Positions 40,591 to 53,407 of a stretch of 64,000 bases of DNA are shown piece after piece. The stretch's first letter is position 1. Each line of letters opens with the position of its first letter. The stretch is taken from assembly GCA_951406725.2 (NCBI GenBank), contig OX597832.1, forward strand, positions 21,142,001-21,206,000, in the 5' to 3' direction. The notes under the pieces were generated by a model that did not search any database, was not told the DNA's origin, and saw only the letters and a program-made list of their open reading frames with translations. Source of the DNA: Octopus vulgaris (Eukaryota). The position numbers were made by a program, and so were the translations under genes.

Positions 40591-40897
40591 CGTGATCACC
40601 GTGACCGACCAGTCTATCAGATGTTGCTACATATCGCTGGTCACAATGCGCTTCGCATTGTTTTAGCCTTCAAAAGACGCCAACTCGCTGGCTAAGCGAA
40701 CAGGCCAACAGAAGAAAGAATGAGAGAAAGTTGCGGCGAAAGAGTACAGCAGGGATCGCTACCACCCCCTGTCAGAGCATCGTGGAGCTTTAGGTGTTGT
40801 CGCTCAATAAACACTCACAACGCCCGGTATGGGAATCGAAACCACGATCCTACGACCGCGAATCCGCTGCCCTAACCACTGGGCCATTGCGCCTCCA
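40585..40897 (-). mobile_element. tRNA-derived SINE, family C
   Basis: Minus strand GGAGGCGCAATGGCCCAGTGGTTAGGGCAGCG (A-box), GGTTTCGATTCCC (B-box), tail (CACGGTGAT)n. Homologues at 50235-50532 and 38110-38293. Confidence 0.85.
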
Positions 40898-40942
40898 CAC
40901 ACACACACACACCCACACACACACACACATATATATATTGCT

Positions 40943-41172
40943 GAGACACCCTTCGGTTATGAGCCCATTCGCCCATGCATACCGGCCTCCCCTCTCCACA
41001 CCACTGATGTTATCCCAGGGAAAGGCAAAGGCAGATATAGCTTGGCACCTGTGACGTCGCAACTCATTTCTATAGTTGAGGGAACTGAAGCAACGTGAAA
41101 TAAAGTGTCTTGCTCAAGAACATAACATGTAGCCCGGTCCGGGATTTGAACTCACAACCTCACGGTCGTAAG
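40943..41172 (-). mobile_element. SINE family D, partial
   Basis: Homologous to 11568-11893 with an internal deletion. Confidence 0.78.
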
Positions 41173-41298
41173 CAAGGCGGCGATAGGTGTATAAACAGCA
41201 AGCAGGTGTATTAGTTTGACGCTGAAGAAAGTTTCGATCCTACGCTCTTCAACAGAAAGGAACATGAGGAAATAAACAGAGAGTATATACATACATAG

Positions 41299-41345
<47 letters not shown>

Positions 41346-42503
41346 TGTACATATATGTGTGTGTCTTTGTATTTCTGCTTGTCTGCCATCAATGCTTAAT
41401 AACGGGTGTTGGTGTGTTTATGTCCCCGTAACTAAGCGTTTCGGCCAAAGTGAGCGATAGAATGAAAATAACTAGCGTCGACCCATTTGACTAAAACTTC
41501 TCGAAAGCAGTGCCCCAGCATGACCGCAGTCTAATAACTAAAACAAGCATTAAATAAATTAAAAAACAAGATTTCACTCATTTTATTGTTTTCCTTTCTT
41601 TTTCTTTCTTTCCATTCTCCTTTCAAATATCATTCATTCACATTGACCATTTAAATTTTCCTTCCGTTTCTTCCATTTCTCAGATTCAATCTCTTTCTCT
41701 TTCATAACATTCCTTCGTTAATCAAAATTATTCATTCAAATTACTCATTCAATATTTCTTTCCAGCATTTTCGACAAACCATTCTTTCTCCTTCAATATT
41801 GTTCATCTGACAACGCAAATTTCATTCTACCAACTAATCAAATATTTAAATTCATTCTTCCACTTTTTTGATATTCAAATTTTCTGTCTTTGAATCCGTC
41901 ATTCAGTTTGTATTCCGCCATTTTGACACTCAAATGTCTTTTCTCGGATTTGACCATTCAAAGTTCTTTCCTGTAAGTTAGCCACTCAAATTATTTTCTT
42001 TCAATTTTCTTTCTTCTTAAAGTTTTTCGTATAATTATTTTTTTATTTATTTTACTCTTTCTTTCCTTCTACACAATTCTTTATCATTTTTTACTCGATT
42101 CTGGTTCGCTTTTCTAAGGAGCTTATACAAATCAACACATACATCAAACATACACACATGCACACATACAACTCACACGCACACACATACATACATACAT
42201 ACATACATACATACATACATACATTCATGCATACATATGATATGCACATAGACTTGTGCATAATAGCACACACAAGCATTGCCATACACGCAGACACAGA
42301 CAAAACGCCTCATCAAGATATCTGCTTTACAATAGTGTGACAGCGCATGCGTAGGTGTAAACGAATTCGCGTGCAAATATACACATCTGTATATGTGAAG
42401 TTGTATTCGCACATGCTTAGAGAGAGCGTGTGTACGTGCGTGTGTGTGTGTGTGTACACAGACATACACATATACACATACAATGTCATTTTCTTTATAT
42501 ATA

Positions 42504-42620
42504 CAGTAATACCTCGACTATCGCGGGTGCTACGCTCCAAAACACCCCGCGATAGGTGAAAATCCGCGAAGTAGAAACAGTACTGTACTGTACTGTATAT
42601 TTTTTTATTTTCATAATTTG

Positions 42621-42672
<52 letters not shown>

Positions 42673-42759
42673 AAATGCAAAACAACACTACAGAGGAATC
42701 GACGTAAGGTTAAATAACAAACCGCGATAAGTGAACCGCGATACGGCGAGGGATTACTA
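42504..42759. mobile_element. Tigger/pogo-like MITE
   Basis: TA|CAGTAATACCTCGACTATCGCG ... CGCGATACGGCGAGGGATTACTA|TA terminal inverted repeats with TA TSD; internal CCGCGA repeats. Confidence 0.8.
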
Positions 42760-42989
42760 TATTCATGTGTGTATGTGTGTGTGTGTGTGTGCAAAAGCTG
42801 TGTATGTTAATAACAATAATAATAACCCTGTCTCTTAGAGGCACAAGGCCTGAAATTGTAGTGGAGGGTAATTGTGGAGGAGGAAAGACTAATTCTAAGT
42901 ATCATAATTTAGTCGTGGCCTCTATTTTGAGGAATAAATGTATTGGTCTGTCAATTTCTATTTTCTATTTTCCATCTTTGCTGGTTTCA

Positions 42990-43445
42990 GGCATTGTCCT
43001 GCTGCCAAGCTGGGGCACCCCTTTTGATGTGTTTAGTCGAAAAATTGGACCCCTGTATTTAGTTTTAAGATCGGCACTTATTTTGTTGGTCCTTTTGCCG
43101 AACCGCTAAGTTATGAGGACGTAAGGAAAACAACAGTGATTGTCAAGCGGTGATGTGGGACAAACACAACATAAACATAAATACATACACAAACTAACAA
43201 ACCTACACACAAAGATAAACGTTCGCACGCACATACACACACAGATACACAAGAACACAGACACACAAACTCACACTCACAAACGCACACACACACACAC
43301 ACATATAAATATGTATACTTTTCCAATTTCAAATCGTCTTTGTGGGTCCGAAGCTATACGAGAAGACACTCACCCAATGCTTCACCCATTGGGATTGAAC
43401 TCCAGATCACACTGTTAAGAAGCAAGCTTCTTAACCACACAGCCA
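42990..43445 (-). mobile_element. SINE family A, old and diverged
   Basis: TTTGCCGAACCGCTAAGTTA and AGAAGACAC..GCAAGCTTCTTAACCACACAGCCA. Confidence 0.75.
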
Positions 43446-43611
43446 GTCCTGTGCCTTACATGTGTCAAAGGTTTCGTCCTATGTCTTCGATGTCCCCCAT
43501 GGCTAAGGTTATTTGGACCTTAGTCCTGGACTTCGTTAAGGTATGTTATTGATCTGGATTGCGTGTTCAATTTTGATTCATAGTCAAAAGGTTGTTGAAA
43601 GCGTTACACAC

Positions 43612-44025
43612 GAGCACATGTTGTGACAGAGGAGCATAGGGAAGGCACGTTGTGAACACATGTTGTAAACACATGTTGTGAACACATGTCGCGACAGATA
43701 GAGCACTGAGTAGCATAGTAAGACACGTTGAGAATACGTTGTGAACACATGTTGTGAACACATGTTGTGAACACATGTTGTGAACGCATGCTGTGAAGAC
43801 GTGTTGTGACAGACAGAATAGGGAGTAACATAGGGAACACATGATTTGAACACGTTGTGAAGATGTGTTGTGACGGATAGAATAGTGAGTAACAGAGAAC
43901 ACATGAATTGAACAAATGTTGTGAACACATGTTGTGATGAATACATGTTGTGAAAACATGTTGTGAACGCATATTGTGAACGCATGTTGTGAACGCATGT
44001 TGTGAACACATGTTGTGACGGATAG
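43612..44025. repeat. 13-bp minisatellite (ACACATGTTGTGA) arranged in blocks separated by a ~25-bp purine-rich linker
   Basis: More than 20 units; linker TGTGAC(A/G)GA(T/C)AGAATAG.GAGTAACA recurs. Confidence 0.88.
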
Positions 44026-44132
44026 CAACATCGGCGGTGAAGGGCACGATGGCAGCGGTGGAAGCGACGGCAACAGTGACAACAACAATAACAATACCAT
44101 CAACAACAACAGCACATAAAACATTTGAGAGA

Positions 44133-44176
<44 letters not shown>

Positions 44177-44278
44177 GTGCTTTTCTCCGACGATGAGCTA
44201 TGCTCGAAACGTCAAAATCTCTCCTTGTTCATGTCCTCTTGTTTGTTATTGTTGATTTTAGTGTTCGTTTATTTGATT

Positions 44279-44323
<45 letters not shown>

Positions 44324-44545
44324 GAGGAGAAAGAGATGACGAATGAAAGAGAGAATGTGTATATGTGTGTGCGTAGGTGTAAAAATCTAAGTGTGTAGTG
44401 GGTTTGTGAGTGAGTGTGTGTGTGTGTGATAAAGGAAGCAATAGAAAGCGAGAGAGGGGAAGACAAACAGACAGACAGAGTGAAAATGAAATTGAAAGAA
44501 GAAACAGCGAGAGAGTAAAAGTCAACCAAAGGAAAAAATATTACG

Positions 44546-44620
<75 letters not shown>

Positions 44621-44635
44621 GGATGGATAGATAGA

Positions 44636-44672
<37 letters not shown>

Positions 44673-44710
44673 ACAGACAAACACACAGAGATAGAGACAG
44701 AGATAAACAA

Positions 44711-44746
<36 letters not shown>

Positions 44747-45264
44747 AAAAGGAAAGAAAGACAGACAGAAAGAAAGAAAGGCAGAGGGGGAGTGTAAAGA
44801 GAGTGAGTGAGTATAAGAGAGTATATGAATGATTGAAAATAAACTTCTGGTCTTTAAGAATATAATAGGACTGAGGGAAATTCATGGAATAAAAGACCAG
44901 CGACAGCAGCAGCAGCAGCACACCACCACCGCCGACACCATCACCAGCCCCAGCAGCAGAAAACAGTAAACAGAACAGAAAAAGGAATCTAGAAGTGAAA
45001 GTGAAAGTAAAAAATGACAAAGAAAAAATCCCTTAAGAAATAGCTAAAAAAAAAAAAAAGGAGGGGAGTGCGATGGTGATATTAGAATGTGGGAGGTAAG
45101 TTCAGAGACGAAAATAGAAGAATGGGTGTCTTTGTATTGTAAAGGGGTGGTATTTCTGAAGAACTTTTCTTGCATTGAATGGTGGAACTAAAGAAAGATT
45201 GACATCTGAATGAAATAATGGTGAAATTGGAGGAAGGAGACACAGAACCACTGGCCTGTAGAGG

Positions 45265-46620
45265 TTGTGTGTGTGTGTGTGTGTGCCGGCGTGTGTGTGT
45301 GAGGATTTGTGCGTGTGTATGTGTGTGTGCAGAAATGTGAGTGTGCGAGCGTGTGTATGTGTGGTGGAAGTGTGTATGTGTATGTGTGTGTGTGCTGGCG
45401 TGTTTGTGTGTCTGTGTGTATGTGTGTGTGTATGTGTGCGTGTGTGTGCCGGCGTGTGTGTATGTCTGTGTGTATGTGTATGTGTGTGTGTGCTGGCGTG
45501 TGTGAGTGTGTGCCGGCGTGTGTGTGTTCCGGTGTGTGTGTGTGTGTGTATATGCCGGCGTGTGTGTGTGTGCGGGTATGTGAGTGTGCGAGCGTGTGTA
45601 TGTGTGTGTGTGTGCTTTTTGTGTGTGTGTCTGTGTGTATGTGTATGTGTGTGGGTTTGTGTGGGTGTGTGCGCGTGTGTGTGTGTATTTGTGCGTGTGT
45701 GTGTGTGTGTGCGGAAATGTGAGTGTGCGATCGTGTGTATGTGTGGTGGAAGTGTGGAAGTGTGTATGCGTACGTATGTGTGTGTGTGCGTGCGTTGTGG
45801 ATGTGTGTGTGTATGCATGTATGTATACGGACGTGTATGCGTATGTGTGTGTTGGAGGTGCGTATGCATACGTATGTGTGTGTCTGTATGCGTACGTATG
45901 TGGGTTTGTGTGGATGTGTGCGCGTGTGTGGGTGTGTACGCGTGTGTGTGTTTGTCTGCGTGCGTGCTTGTGTGGTATTGTGCGTGTGTGTGTGGGGTTT
46001 GATGGTGTGTATGTGCACGTATGTGTGTGTCTGTGTGCGTGCGTGTGTTGTGGAGGTATGTATGCGTAGGTGTGTGTACTCGTGTGTGTGTGAGTGTGTG
46101 CGTGCGTGTGTGTGTGTGTAGATGTATGTGAAGATTTATGTCCGTGTGCATGTGTATGTATACGATGGATGTGTGTTTGTATGGTAGATGTGTATATATA
46201 CATAGGTGTGTGTGTGTGTGTGGAAGGTTATGAGTGTTGCAATTTATGTGTGTGTAGATGTATGCGTGTGTTTATGAATGTGTATATATATATATAGATA
46301 TATGTGTATGTATGCGTATGGGAAGTTCTTTATGCGTGTAGGTGAACGTAAGTAGGTTTGTATGTGTGTGTGCGTATCTGTGTCTGTGTGTGTGCAGGTG
46401 TATATGTTGGGTGTATGCATGTGCGTGTGTGCAATGCTTTATGTGTGTGTGTAGATGTGTGTGTGGAGCTTATGTATATGTAGGCATATTTGTGTATGTA
46501 TATATTCTTGTGTACAGGTGTCTATGCAGGTGTGTCTGTGTGTGTGTGCAAGTATGCTTGAGTAAGAATGTGCAAATGCGGGTGTATGTAGCAATGAGTA
46601 TGTGTGTGAGTAGAGCTATA
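45265..46620. repeat. Long degenerate (TG)n-derived tract
   Basis: TG background with recurring GCCGGC/GCTGGC and GGTGGAAG interruptions; source of the long HT/CV ORFs. Confidence 0.9.
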
Positions 46621-46692
46621 TATATATATATATATTGATAGATAGATACATTGTTTTCGTATTTCATGTTGTTTACGTCCTGTACCCATATA

Positions 46693-46749
<57 letters not shown>

Positions 46750-46817
46750 ATGCATATATTATTATTATTATTATTATATATTCTTTAAATATATTATTCT
46801 TTAAATTGCTTAAATAG

Positions 46818-47063
46818 TTTGAGTCATTTTGATTGTGGCCATGCTGGAGCACCGCCTTTAGTCGAATGAATCGATCCCAGGACTTATTCTTTGTAAGCCT
46901 AGTACTTATTCTATTGGTCAGTTTTGCTGAACCGCTAAGTTACGGGGACCTAAGCACCCCAACATCGGTTGTCAACCGATTGTGGGGGGACAAACACACA
47001 AACACAAACATACACACACACTATACATACATACATACATACATACATACATACATACATACA

Positions 47064-47150
<87 letters not shown>

Positions 47151-47310
47151 CGGGCTTCTTTCAGTTTCCGTCTACCAAATGCACTAATGCACTGACAAGG
47201 CTTTAGTCGGCCCGAGGCAATAGTAGAAGACACTCACGCAAGGTGTCACGCAGTGGGATTGAACCCGAAACCATGTTGTTGGGAAGCAAGCTTCTTACCA
47301 CACAGCCACG
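46818..47310 (-). mobile_element. SINE family A with internal (TACA)n(TA)n
   Basis: Family-A homology at both ends. Confidence 0.85.
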
Positions 47311-48023
47311 AGTATGTATGTATGTATACCTGTGTCTGAGTGTATGTGTGTGCGGTGTATATATAGTTGTATACGTTGGTGTATATATATGTATGTATGT
47401 GTGTGTGTAGGTGTGTGCGTCAGCAGATATACGTGTGTTTATATGTGTGAGTGTGAGTGTGTGTGTGTGTATGAGTAAAGTTTATGACTGGATGTGTATA
47501 TGTGGGTATATATGCATCTGTGTAACTATATGTATGTGTGTATGTGTGAATACATGCATGCATCTGTTTTTCGTGTAGGTATATGTATGTGTGAGTGTCT
47601 GTATACATGCGTTTCTATGTGTGCGTGTATGTGTATGTGTGTGTGTATGTGCGTAGCTATGTATGTGCTTTAGCATAAGCGTGTAAGTAGTTATGTATGT
47701 GTGTGTGTACCTGTGACTGCGTTTTATCACTGAATGTCTATTTTAAGTCTCTTCTCTCTCTGTATCTCTCTCTCTCTGTATCTCTCTCTCTCTCTCTATC
47801 AACCTATCTATCTATCTATCTCACTTTCGCTCTCTAGCTCTCTCTTTTACTGCTTTTCTCCCTCTCTCTTTTTCTCTCACTCGCACTCTTTTTCTCCCTA
47901 CCACTTCCTCTCCTTCTCTCTCTCTCTTTCTGCTTCTGTCTGTATGGGTTACGTGTGTGCTTTTAGTATATTTATGTGCGTGTGTCTGTACTGTATTATG
48001 TGTGTGTATATATACACACACAC

Positions 48024-48054
<31 letters not shown>

Positions 48055-48406
48055 CGTGCGTGTGCATGTATGGGTGCACGTGTTTGCGTGTGTGTGTTTA
48101 TGCATTTCTGTGTGTGTATGTGCGTGTATACGCATATGCTCTTGTTTGCTGTCGGTGTGTATATGTGTGTGTATCGGTGAGTGTGTACATGTGTGTGTGC
48201 ATGTGTGTATGTGTGTGTGTGTGTGTGTGCGTGCTTGTGTGTAATGCAGTAAATATCTCAAGTCGTTTCAGGATCGAAGAAAATGCCTTCCGACATTCGT
48301 TCCGGTTCTCTGAGGCCTGAGCTCAAATCCTGCTGACGCAAACTTTGCCTTTAATCCTTTCGAGGTCGATAAACAAAGCAGAAATCCAGTAGTAGTAAAG
48401 AAATCA

Positions 48407-48457
<51 letters not shown>

Positions 48458-48458
<1 letters not shown>

Positions 48459-48680
48459 GGCGGCGTTCTGACAAAGTCCTTAGCACAGTGGACGAAATGC
48501 TTAGCGGCATTTCGCCCGTCGTTACGTTTTGAGTTCAAATTCTGCCGAGGCCCACTTTCTCTCTCGTCCTTTCGGGTCTATAAAATAAGTACCAGTTGAA
48601 CACTGGGGTCGATGTAATCGACTTACCCCTCCCCAACAAAAACAAAATTGCAGCCCTTATGACAAAATTTAAAACTATTA
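48458..48680 (+). mobile_element. SINE family B, short-tail, next to (ATT)n
   Basis: AAGGCGGCG head, GAGTTCAAATTC, GGGGTCGATGTAATCGACTT. Confidence 0.78.
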
Positions 48681-49057
48681 TTATTATTTGCCTTTCATTC
48701 TTTTGGGGCTCAATGAAATATATACCATTTATGTAATTGGGTCAATGTTCTCGATTGGTCACCGCCCCCAAAATTTCAGATTATTATTCCTCTCCCACAT
48801 CCATTGTCGGTACCGTGTGTGCGCACGTTCGTACGTGTATGTGTGTGTATGTGTGTGTATGTTTGTGTGTGTGCACGCGCATGTGAGCAAGTGCTTGTGT
48901 GTATGTGTGTCAGTGTTTATGCCGACTCATTTCGTTGTCTACGACTGTGAGAGAGTGAGGGAGAGAAAGAGGGAGAGGGTGGAAGAAAGAGAGAGAAAGG
49001 GACAGAAAACGATAAAGACAGACAGTAAGACAGACAGACAGACAGACAGATAGATAC

Positions 49058-49118
<61 letters not shown>

Positions 49119-49174
49119 CAGAAGACAGACAAACAGACAGGCAGACAGACAGACAGATAGATGGATAGATACAT

Positions 49175-49208
<34 letters not shown>

Positions 49209-49787
49209 TTGTGTTTTTGTGCCCGCAATTTTATGTATGTGTTGCGTCAACGTGCGTGCAAATGTAAATATATATGCAAGCATTTGCCAACGTCTATGTA
49301 TGTGCTTGTATGTACTTATATGTCTGTGAATACATGAATATGGATATAAGTAAGGAATGGGAGATTCATTATGAAGGTTAGGAGATAGAATACGACGAAC
49401 TCTGGACAAACTACTCAGCGAACCTTCGTCCGTCTTCACGTTCGCTTATGGAGATCTTACGGAGATCGTTAAAATAGTACCATTTGAGACCTGGAGTCGA
49501 TTTCATTGACTTAGCCGCTACCCCAAACTGCTGGTGTTGAACCGAAATTTGAAACCATTATCAAGACTAATGAAAGAACGCGACGAGCTGGTCAAATCGT
49601 TAGGGGTGTCGTGTTAAATGCTTTAGCAGAATTTCATTTGTCTTTGCGTTTTGAGTTCAAATTCCGCCAAGGTCATTTTTGCAGAACCAGTCATGCACTG
49701 GGGGCCAATGTAATTGGCTTTCTCTTCTCCTCAACAAGTGATGGCTTAGTGCCAGAATTTGATAGCTTTATTAGATTTGATAAATAG

Positions 49788-49998
49788 AAGGCAGCGAACT
49801 GGCAAAAACGTTAGCATGCCAGTCGAAATGCTTGGCAGTATTTCGTCTGTCTTTACGTTCTGAGTTCAAATTCCGCCGAGGTCGACTTTGCCTTTCAACC
49901 TTTCGGGGTCGATAAATTAAGTACCAGTTACATACTGGAATCGATCTAATCGTCTGGCCCCACTCCCAAAAATTTTCGGGCTTTGTGTAGAAAAGAAT
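49788..49998 (+). mobile_element. SINE family B, short-tail, in a cluster of older copies (49400-49770)
   Basis: Close match to the family-B head and central domain. Confidence 0.82.
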
Positions 49999-50191
49999 CT
50001 TTAGCGTGTTGAATAAAAAGTTTAGCAACTTCTCGTTCTTAACATTTTCGGATCAAATGCCAGAGATTTCTACTTTGCCTAACTTATATTTTGCATTCGC
50101 AGCTCCGTTGGTGGCTAATGATCCCTGCTCTTAACAAGCATACACGACTGCAAACATTGCAAATCAATCTCTCTCCATTCACTACATTACC

Positions 50192-50234
<43 letters not shown>

Positions 50235-50242
<8 letters not shown>

Positions 50243-50530
50243 ACCGACCAGACCATCAGATATTGTTACACATCGCTGGTCACAATGCGTTCGCATTGTT
50301 TTAGCCTTCGAATGACGCCACCCCGCTGGCTAAGCGAGCAGGCCAACAGAAGAAAGAGTGGGAGAAAGAGTGGTGAAAGAGTACAGCAGGGATCACCACA
50401 CCCTGCCGGAGCGTCGTGGAGCTTTTAGGTGTTTTCGCTCAATAAACACTCACAACGCCCGGTCTGGGAATCGAAACCGCAATCCTACGACCGCGAGTCC
50501 GCTGCCCCAACCACTGGGCCATTGCGCCTC

Positions 50531-50532
<2 letters not shown>
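50235..50532 (-). mobile_element. SINE family C, full length
   Basis: Highly similar to 40585-40897. Confidence 0.85.
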
Positions 50533-50582
<50 letters not shown>

Positions 50583-50588
<6 letters not shown>

Positions 50589-51345
50589 GAGGTACCCAAA
50601 AGAAACCGAAATTTTGTAATATTTTATTCATCTAGTTTTACATGTTTATACATTTATCAGCTTCAAGCAATAAGGGTTATGGTTTTCCACTGTTCTAAGC
50701 AGTGCTGGACCTTTAGCGAAATGATGTCTTTTAACGCATTCATCGTGTTTTTCTTCACCATTTCCACATCTGCAGATTCCATAGCAACACCTTTCGTCAT
50801 CAGTGACTATCTTCGAAAGAAGATCCGGATCAACTTCCAACTGTTCTTTCAGTTCACCACACGCATTCAGTCGTGACTACCTTTTGATCTTCGGTGAGCA
50901 AGTGAGGCACAAATTTTGCTGCATCTCTTTTCATTCGCAATTCTTCGCACAAAATTTGTTAGCGGGAGTTCCAGGACACACCAGTCATATCAACCACTTC
51001 GTCAACTGTTCAGTGGCAGTCCTCCAAGATCTGTTCATGGTGTTTTTATTTCTTTGGGAGGTCGATAGTAACCCTGAACGAGGTTGGTCTTCAAGCGGGA
51101 AGGGCTCCTTCCTAAAGCGCGAAAACCACTTGTAATCTTGTGTTTTGCTCATAGCAGCATCCTTGTAAAGCTGTTTAAAGCATGACAGCTGTTTCGAATG
51201 CCGTTTTCCCCAGCAGGAAACAGAATCTCACGGGAGCAGGCTGTTCTTTCGATTCAGCTATCGCAAAAGTCGACGAACGGGAGAAACACTACAAAACAAA
51301 GACGCTCCACGTTTCAATACGACCCCAGCAGATGACACCGGTCGG
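50583..51345 (-). mobile_element. mariner deletion derivative with one TIR
   Basis: Minus-strand ..KWFSRFRK..LEDQPRSG.. and LEVDPDLLSKIVTDDE. Terminal TATGAGGAGGTACCCAAAAGAAACCG. Same family as 23268-23612. Confidence 0.85.
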
Positions 51346-51384
51346 CAGACTGATGCCTTAAGGGTCGCAGTATATTGGGATCGG

Positions 51385-51850
51385 ACAATAAGCGTCAACA
51401 GTGGTTCCAGAAATCCCGAGCTGGAAACTACAGCCTAGAAGACGTGCCTCGTCTGGGAAGATCTATAGAGCTCGACGAAGACATCCTGTAAACCCTTGTG
51501 GAAGAAAATCCCATCGTAACTGTTGAGGGACTAGCAGAGAAGCTAGGATTTGATCATTCAACTATTCAACGGCACCTACGTGCCATCGGAAAACGATCAT
51601 CTTTGGTTTCAATTAGAAAAGTGTTCTCTCAGGATAATTCTGTAGACGAGGTCAGAACAGTACTGGAGGAGTATTTTTCATCTCGGACAAGTGAATTTTG
51701 GAAGGGGACATTGGACGTTTACCAGATAGATGGAAGAGCATTGTAGAAAATGAAGGAGAGCATAATTTAGATTAAAAAAGAACTTTGTTTATCTTAATTT
51801 TGAAAGACAGAAACGTAACAAAACTGCATTATTTAGGGGATGACCTAATA
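51385..51850 (+). mobile_element. Second mariner family remnant (Hsmar1/cecropia-like TIR), internally deleted
   Basis: QQWFQK.RAGNYSLEDVPR.GR..ELDEDIL..LVEENP..TVEGLAEKLGFDHSTIQRHLRAIGK, then a C-terminal LPDRWKSIVENEGE, then TIR AAAACTGCATTATTTAGGGGATGACCTAA|TA. Confidence 0.88.
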
Positions 51851-52200
51851 TTTAGTTTTAAAAAGTGTATACATTTGACAGAAAAAAATTTCGTAGGCTA
51901 AATGAATGACACGAACCTATGTGTGTGTGTGTGTGTGTGTATATATGTGTGTGTGTATGCATATATGTATATATATATGTATGTATGTTTGTAGGAATAC
52001 TCTTTTACTTGCTTCAGTCATTTGACTGTGACCATACAGGGGTATCGCCTTTAGTCAAGCATAATCGACACCAGAACTTATTCTTTGTAAGCCTAGTGTT
52101 TATTCTATCGTTCTCTTTTGCCGAATCGCTAAGTTACGGCGACATAAATAAACCAGCACTGGTTGTCAAGCGATGGTGGGGGACAAATACAGACATACAA

Positions 52201-52246
<46 letters not shown>

Positions 52247-52247
<1 letters not shown>

Positions 52248-52510
52248 CGTTTAAATATTTGTTGTGCAAGATTTTTTATTTGAAGTCGTGTGTTGAAACA
52301 GATATTGTTGTATTTAGGAATGGTCATTTTGCCAGTTTAGCCAATAAAACAAAGAACCACTGATGCGGTCACAGGAGTGTGACGAAAGAACTCTGGCCGA
52401 AATAAGATTAAGATTAATGTAAAAAATAAATAACACTGAAGCAAAATAACACCAAATATATAGTGCGTGTGTTTTTATTGGCTAAACTGGCAAAATGACC
52501 ATTCCTAAAT

Positions 52511-52520
<10 letters not shown>
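52247..52520 (+). mobile_element. TA-embedded fold-back element, same family as 31891-32270, opposite orientation
   Basis: Near-identical sequence; the inverted arm is shortened to ~50 bp. Confidence 0.75.
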
Positions 52521-52552
<32 letters not shown>

Positions 52553-52634
52553 ATTGTTATATATGCATCACTGTCTATCTATTTCTCTCAATCTATCTAT
52601 TTTCCATCCCTCGCTGTCAATCTGCATATTTGTG

Positions 52635-52677
<43 letters not shown>

Positions 52678-53079
52678 TAGTGTGTGTGAACCATACTTCT
52701 GTCCAATTAAAAATCACTTTCAAAACAGAATTCCCTTTTTCATATTTTTGGAAATATGCCATCTTGTTTAATGCGATTTTCTTCTTCATTTTCGACTTGA
52801 CATTGTTGTTTCCCAATGAACAATAGGTCCTTGGATACGTGTATCGGCTGTTACAAGGGAGTAGAACGTACAGGGCAAAAACATAAACAATGGAAGAACG
52901 CGAAGGACCGAGTGTATATAACTCACTCGCCTAATAGTTCTATACACACGAATTATGGTACTTTCACCGAGCCGTTAGACCAATACAGTCCGTGTGCACG
53001 TTCTCTTGTTATCTTGTTATTGTTGTTTTTAATGTTCGATTATTCGATTTGACTCTATACACACACACACACGTGTATA

Positions 53080-53136
<57 letters not shown>

Positions 53137-53140
<4 letters not shown>

Positions 53141-53327
53141 GCCATGATAGATCGTTAGCCACTACACACATTTTTTTCTCGCCTTGTTTTTTCTGTGTCC
53201 CTTTCTGTAGAAGAGCGTAGGCTCGAAATGTAACGGACTTTTTCTATTCCTGAGTGTTATACTAATACATCTGTTTGTTTTGTACACCACCTATCTTCAT
53301 CTTTTGTTTTTTTGTCGTAAACTCTCC

Positions 53328-53330
<3 letters not shown>
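53137..53330 (+). mobile_element. Short TA-embedded repeat, probable Penelope pLTR fragment
   Basis: CTGTAGAAGAGCGTAGGCTCGAAA motif, also present at 41231-41258 on the minus strand; (TA)n on both sides. Confidence 0.5.

Positions 53331-53407
<77 letters not shown>

Noticed and set aside
40820-40897. tRNA-like sequences in SINE heads (families A-D)
   Set aside because: A/B boxes run into SINE bodies with no acceptor-stem closure; these are SINE heads, not tRNA genes.
45082-46203. Longest ORFs (373 and 349 aa, His/Thr-rich), and similar ORFs at 8725-9672, 9867-10703 and 15052-16153
   Set aside because: Translations of TG/CA/TA microsatellites, which lack stops in several frames on both strands; no domain content.
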